DNA from: Candidatus Onthoplasma sp.
GTDB lineage: Bacteria; Bacillota; Clostridia; Christensenellales; UBA1242
Assembly (NCBI GenBank): GCA_045578345.1
Contig: JAZNKB010000008.1
Span: 121,376-185,375 of the forward strand
Reading direction: 5' to 3'
DNA: 64,000 nucleotides
Part shown: positions 58,993-64,000 of the stretch, in pieces
How positions within the stretch are numbered: position 1 is the first letter of the stretch
Layout: every line of letters starts with the position of its first letter
The notes under the pieces: generated by a model
What the model was told of the DNA's origin: nothing
The model's input: only the letters and a program-made list of their open reading frames with translations
Databases searched by the model: none
Made by a program: the position numbers and the translations under genes

Positions 58993-59862
58993 CTAACAAA
59001 TATTTTCATTTATATTATGTTGTCTTTCGCTTAAGCCAATTCTTTCGGTCTTATAAAACCAAATCCAGTCAAAAACACCATTTACATACTCGTTAATATT
59101 TTGGTAATCGTTATTGTGCAAAGTCTCTTTCTTAAGTAAACTATGCCAATTTTCAATAACTGCATTATCTAGTGGGCAACCTTTTCTACTCATAGATATT
59201 TGAAAACCTAAATTGTTACAAAATGCTTTGTATTCGTGTGATGTATATTGTGTTCCTTGGTCGCTATGAATTATTACATTTTTAGCCCAATATCTCATTA
59301 AATGCCCAAATTTTAAGGTTTCTATAACTAAATCTACGGTTGGAGAATGATGAACTTTATATGATACAACACTACCATCGTATAGGTCCAAAATAGTAGA
59401 CAAATACATTCTTTTGTTGCCTAATGTTAAATAAGTTATATCGGTAACCCATACCTTATCTGGTGCATCAACATTGAAATGCCTTTTAACTAAATCAGGT
59501 TTTACATTTTCTTCAATTCTTCTATAATGTGGTTTCTTGCATTTGCTCACATATCTAGCCATTAAACCATATTTTCTCATAATCCTAAGTATTTTCTTTT
59601 CATTCATTACCACACCATGTTTAAGTAGTAAAGCTTTCTTAATTCTTCTATATCCATAAGTTTGCATAGAATCATTAAAGACTTCTTTTATAAGGAGATA
59701 ATCTGCTATATCTGAGTCTTTATCATCTCTATGTCTGTAATATGCTCGTTCTGAAATGTCTAGCAAATCACATAACAATCTTACAGGATAATATTCTTTA
59801 AGTGTGTTTATTAAGATTATCTTCTCTCTTTTAGTTGTGTTTTGAAATTCAGGATTTTTTTT
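58993..59862 (-). CDS. IS3-family transposase OrfB (DDE), expressed via -1 frameshift
   Basis: YGYRR, WVTDITY, HSDQG, DNAVIENW; the -1 frame from the A8 run at 59855-59862 is open into OrfB. Confidence 0.9.
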   Translation of the reverse strand, partial: KKNPEFQNTTKREKIILINTLKEYYPVRLLCDLLDISERAYYRHRDDKDSDIADYLLIKEVFNDSMQTYGYRRIKKALLLKHGVVMNEKKILRIMRKYGLMARYVSKCKKPHYRRIEENVKPDLVKRHFNVDAPDKVWVTDITYLTLGNKRMYLSTILDLYDGSVVSYKVHHSPTVDLVIETLKFGHLMRYWAKNVIIHSDQGTQYTSHEYKAFCNNLGFQISMSRKGCPLDNAVIENWHSLLKKETLHNNDYQNINEYVNGVFDWIWFYKTERIGLSERQHNINENIC

Positions 59863-60110
59863 AGTAACATATATTTCTCTTTATAATCAATATTTGCCAC
59901 TCTTGGTCTGCCATAGCCCAAACTCCTATGGTCTGTGTAAAAATCTTCTCCGTTTTTACATTTGATTATCCAGTTTCTTATTGTCCCACGGGGTATCCCG
60001 TACATCTTGGACAACTTAGTATCTGGAATAAACTCATTAAAGTGTTTTACCAACACTTCGTATTTCAAGTCATTAGAATAACTTTGAAAATACTGTCCTT
60101 TCTTTGCCAT
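59817..60110 (-). CDS. IS3-family OrfA (HTH)
   Basis: MAKKGQ..YS...HTH..IRNW; ends LLKK at the slippery site. Confidence 0.88.
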   Translation of the reverse strand: MAKKGQYFQSYSNDLKYEVLVKHFNEFIPDTKLSKMYGIPRGTIRNWIIKCKNGEDFYTDHRSLGYGRPRVANIDYKEKYMLLKKILNFKTQLKERR

Positions 60111-60729
60111 AATATTTATCTCCTTTTATTCGTGGTAGTCATCTACCATCTATATAGAGTATAACATAGTATATCTTATTATTGGACACAAAAAAAGAAA
60201 GAAATAGCATTAAACTATCTCTTTCTAAACTCATACTTTTTTTCGTATGTCAGTTTTGGGTTGCACTGCAGTAACCGCCTTTTATATTATTTGTAGTATA
60301 GCATATAATAAAACTAAAATACAAATATATTGTCGGAATTTTTGTTTTTTTTAGCAATAAATTTTTACAAATAAATATTTATCAACTCTCTGCTTATTTA
60401 TAGATTTTCTCGCAATTTTAAACTATTTTTTTAATATTCTAATAAATTTCATAAAAAACTCTTAAAAATTAACAAATTTTTGTATGTTTTCAAAAATTTT
60501 TATATTTTTTTTAAAATTTATTATAAAAAAACAACTCAGAATTATTTCTTCACACCACACCTTAACAAACTCAGAATTAACACACATCCAACCCCAAATA
60601 TCATATCGTTTTAAATCAACATCCAAAATAGACACACTAAAATTAATCATTCTCTTTACACACGGACACGTTTTTATTAAAAATTTTGTTAAAATCTATT
60701 GACAATTTATTTGTTTTACTTTATAATGA

Positions 60730-60820
60730 GTTCGTATTGCTCGTTAGAGCGGTTTTTTCTGCCACACGGAAGAAACAAAGTTCTAACATTTAAGCCGAAC
60801 GCGAAATAAGGCTTAACAAT
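60730..60820 (+). promoter_or_regulatory. rplM promoter/leader (possible L13 leader)
   Basis: TTGACA-17-TATAAT at 60699-60727 followed by a ~120-nt structured leader. Confidence 0.5.
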
Positions 60821-60847
60821 TATATTAATAGGGAGAATTTATAAATT

Positions 60848-61285
60848 ATGAAAACTGTAATGTTAAATAAAGCTACAGTTGAAAAGAAATGGTACATTAT
60901 TGATGCTGAAGGTAAAGCTTTAGGTAGAGTTGCAGCTGAAGCAGCTACTCTTCTTCGTGGTAAACACAAAGCAACTTTCACTCCAAATGTAGACTGTGGT
61001 GATTATGTTATTATCTTAAACAGCGACAAATTGGTGTTGACTGGTAAAAAAGAAGAACAAAAATACTTCAAACGTTATTCTGGTTATCAATCAGGATTAC
61101 ACTTAACTCAATATAAGAAAATGATGGCTGAACATAGCGACGTTGCTTTGTTAAGAGCAATCAAAGGTATGCTTCCAAAGAATGCTTTGGGAAGAGCTAT
61201 GGCTACTCACTGTCATATCTATAAAGGTGCTGAACACAACAATCAAGCACAAAAACCAGAAGTTTGGAACGGAGGTAAAATCTAA
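60848..61285 (+). CDS. rplM: 50S ribosomal protein L13
   Basis: [32 protein letters not shown]. Confidence 0.98.
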   Translation: MKTVMLNKATVEKKWYIIDAEGKALGRVAAEAATLLRGKHKATFTPNVDCGDYVIILNSDKLVLTGKKEEQKYFKRYSGYQSGLHLTQYKKMMAEHSDVALLRAIKGMLPKNALGRAMATHCHIYKGAEHNNQAQKPEVWNGGKI

Positions 61286-61740
61286 TGAGTGAAGAAATCG
61301 TAGAAAAGAAAGTTAGAAAAACTACTGATAAGAAATCAACAAAAACTGCAAAAGCTCAAGAATTCTTAGGAACTGGTAGAAGAAAATGTTCAGTTGCTCG
61401 TGTACGTATCAGTGTTGGTACAGGTAAAATCACAATCAACGAACAAGATATCAATGAATATTTTGAATTAGAAACCTTGAAAACAATTGTTAAACAACCT
61501 TTGGTGTTAACTGAAACAACTGACAGTGTTGACGTTGTTGTTAACATCTATGGTGGTGGAAAAACTGGTCAAGCTGGTGCAATCCGTCACGGAATCACAA
61601 GAGCTTTAATGGAATTCAGACCTGAACTTAGACCTGAACTTAAGAAAGCTGGTTTCGTAACTCGTGATGCAAGAAAGAAAGAACGTAAAAAATACGGTCT
61701 TAAGAAAGCTCGTCGTGCTCCACAATTCAGCAAGAGATAA
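61285..61740 (+). CDS. rpsI: 30S ribosomal protein S9
   Basis: [40 protein letters not shown]. Confidence 0.98.
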   Translation: MSEEIVEKKVRKTTDKKSTKTAKAQEFLGTGRRKCSVARVRISVGTGKITINEQDINEYFELETLKTIVKQPLVLTETTDSVDVVVNIYGGGKTGQAGAIRHGITRALMEFRPELRPELKKAGFVTRDARKKERKKYGLKKARRAPQFSKR

Positions 61741-61936
61741 TATTATATATCAAAAAACAGAGTGTTCACCACTCTGTTTTTATTTTAAATGTTCAACATA
61801 AAACCCTACTAGAAAAAGAAAAGGGGAGCAATGAGGGGAAAAGAAGTTTGTCCCCTCATATAAATGCGCCGATACGCTTGAAAATGAAGTTTGAATAATG
61901 CGTATTCAAACGATTAAAGAAGGCGATATCGGCGCA

Positions 61937-62152
61937 AAAAAAGAGACGTTGTAAACGTTCGAAATTGTACATCATCTAAGTTTTTAAAATCAAATTAACT
62001 TTATTTCATTAATTTCGAAATATTCTGATCATCAGAACATTATAATCTAAAAACAAATAGCACAATTTTTATAGAACATAAAACTGTCTCTTTTCTTATG
62101 TAAGAATATAAAGAAATCCTTCAACTAAGTTTTGGATAACTTACACCTTACA
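61937..62152 (-). ncRNA. Candidate structured ncRNA
   Basis: 5' hairpin plus a ~155-nt rod ending in a U tract; several G-U pairs form only on the minus strand. Confidence 0.4.
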
Positions 62153-62259
62153 TTATTATCATGAGAAGAATTTTTAAATTTATTCATAAATTTTTATTTT
62201 TTTAAAAGTTTACCAATCTTTTACTAAAACATATTAAAAAAGCAGAAAATTTCTGCTTT

Positions 62260-63999
62260 TTATTTTTTTATTTGCTTCTTTATTTTATTTACTAAAGTTT
62301 TCAAATCATAACCATAATATTGCTTAATGCTTGCAGAATCACCAGAAACTCCAAACTTTGCAACATTAAATATTTTACTCTCATCAGTATATTTTAAATA
62401 TTTAACACAAGTGCTTGTTTCAATCACAAACAAAGGTTTATTTAAAAATTTGTTTTTTACTTTCAGTGGTTGATTTTCAAAAACTTCCAAACTAAACATA
62501 CTTATCACGTTCGCTTTAATGTTTTCTTTTTGCAATTCATTTTTAACATCCATTGCAATTTGCACATCCGCACCACTGCTCATTATGTTAATATCTGCTT
62601 TATCGTTTGAAACAAAATACGCACCAACACTCATTTCTTCTTTTGATTCAATCGGACTTGTTGCAGTTTTTGAAACACACAAGCACATTGGTTTTTTATT
62701 TTCAAAGAACCAATCATAAGCTGCTTTACATTCCGCCATATCATTAACTCTAAAGGTTGTTAAATTTGGCATCAATCTTAAACAGTCCAAATGTTCCACT
62801 GGAATGTGAGTTATGCCATCTCTAACTTCATATACACTTGAATGACAGAATGTGAAGATGACAGGCAAATTCATAACGCTAGCCATTCTAACTGCTGGCA
62901 TCATGTAGTTTGCAAAAACCAAATAAGTTGATGTTACAGGAACAAGTCCACCATGCAAGGCAATACCATTTGCAATTGCACCCATTGCGTGCTCACGGAT
63001 TCCAACAGCAATATTTTTACCAAGTCTGTTTTCTGCAGAATAATTTCCACCTTCATTAATCATAACTTTTGTGCTTGAAGACAAATCTGCTGAAAGACAA
63101 ACAATATTGTCTTGTGCCATCGAAATTTGATTTAAAACCTTATTATTATATTTCCTAATTTCGGTTTTTTCTTTATCAAATTTAATTTTATATTTTAATG
63201 GATTATTAATAAAATAATTATATTTTTTTAATTTTTCTTTATTTTTTTCGATTTTTTCATTAAATTTATTAATTTTTTCATTAAATTTTGAATTTATTTC
63301 TAATTTTTTATTAATTAAATATTTTTTTGTTTCTTCATTTAATGATAAATATTCATTATTTATTTGATATAATTTCTTAAGTTTTTCAATTTCTTCAGTT
63401 GGATAAACCGCGCCATGACTTTTATTACTATTTTCCAAATTTGTGTCTTTTCCCATTTTTGTTTTCAGAATTATCACAGTTGGTTTTTCTTTGCTTTGTT
63501 TCGCTTTAATTATTGCTTTATCAATTTTTTCAATATTATGACCATCACATTTAATAACATTAAAATTCATTGATTTAAATTTAAGCTCAATATTATCACT
63601 TGAAGAAATGCTTAGTTTACCATCAAGAGTCACATCATTTTTGTCATATAACAAAATAAACTTATTTAGTTTATACAACCCTGCAACTGACAAAGCTTCA
63701 AGAGCGACACCTTCTTGCAAACATCCATCTCCCGCCATGCAATATGTGTAATGCTCCATTTCAAACTGCTTATTCATAATGGTTTCTGCAATACACATTC
63801 CAACTGCATTTGCAATACCTTGACCAAGCGGACCGGTGTTAGAATCGACCGCTGAAACCTCAATTTCAGGATGACCCGTTAAACTTCCACCAAACTTTCT
63901 AAAGTTTTTAATTTCTTCAAAATCGACATAACCTAAACCAGCCAGAACAGAATAAAGGCTTGCACAGACATGTCCATTGCTTAAAACAAATCTGTCTCT
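62260..63999 (-). CDS. tkt: Transketolase (5' end outside window)
   Basis: RDRFVLSNGH, TGPLGQG, GDGCLQEG, GIREHAM, DGITH. Confidence 0.93.
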   Translation of the reverse strand, partial: RDRFVLSNGHVCASLYSVLAGLGYVDFEEIKNFRKFGGSLTGHPEIEVSAVDSNTGPLGQGIANAVGMCIAETIMNKQFEMEHYTYCMAGDGCLQEGVALEALSVAGLYKLNKFILLYDKNDVTLDGKLSISSSDNIELKFKSMNFNVIKCDGHNIEKIDKAIIKAKQSKEKPTVIILKTKMGKDTNLENSNKSHGAVYPTEEIEKLKKLYQINNEYLSLNEETKKYLINKKLEINSKFNEKINKFNEKIEKNKEKLKKYNYFINNPLKYKIKFDKEKTEIRKYNNKVLNQISMAQDNIVCLSADLSSSTKVMINEGGNYSAENRLGKNIAVGIREHAMGAIANGIALHGGLVPVTSTYLVFANYMMPAVRMASVMNLPVIFTFCHSSVYEVRDGITHIPVEHLDCLRLMPNLTTFRVNDMAECKAAYDWFFENKKPMCLCVSKTATSPIESKEEMSVGAYFVSNDKADINIMSSGADVQIAMDVKNELQKENIKANVISMFSLEVFENQPLKVKNKFLNKPLFVIETSTCVKYLKYTDESKIFNVAKFGVSGDSASIKQYYGYDLKTLVNKIKKQIKK

Positions 64000-64000
64000 A

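Larger units (their letters stand above)
58443..60270 (-). mobile_element. IS3-family (IS150-like) element enlarged by a passenger region
   Basis: Imperfect TG..CA terminal IRs TGAACAGCACCCATTAAATGACACAC (58443) and reverse complement TGCAGTGCAACCCAAAACTGACATAC (60270); orfA/orfB inside; no clear target duplication. Confidence 0.8.

Noticed and set aside
60462-60702. Two short opposing ORFs
   Set aside because: No RBS, poly-A/T composition, upstream of the rplM promoter

Overview
AT-rich chromosomal segment from a low-GC, probably spore-forming Clostridia-like Bacillota. The taxonomy is inferred from rplU-prp-rpmA with an extended L27, a large SRP RNA, spmAB, spoIVFB and sigmaE-like promoters. 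The housekeeping backbone is metK (with a SAM riboswitch), fba, rplU-prp-rpmA, minDE, polA, cysS, tex, nifJ, truA, rplM-rpsI, tkt, tRNA-Ser(UGA), tRNA-Leu(CAA) and SRP RNA. Accessory material includes an integrase-less islet at tRNA-Ser with a 38-bp att duplication, two large surface proteins, many single orphan genes, a terminator-flanked XRE cassette and an IS3-family element carrying a decayed passenger gene. The most unusual signals are: (i) five intact ORFs that have lost their family's catalytic motifs (Rho, MreB, Ppx/GppA, GtrB-like GT2, RSH synthetase domain); (ii) an operon of an XRE-HTH/beta-barrel regulator and a hydrolase-only RelA/SpoT homologue; (iii) a dispersed and arrayed structured repeat (AACGAGAA...TTCGAGT) with covarying stems; (iv) a candidate ~215-nt structured ncRNA between rpsI and tkt; (v) a HEPN-CBS fusion coupled to rRNA-modifying enzymes. 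All calls were made by eye with no database searches.
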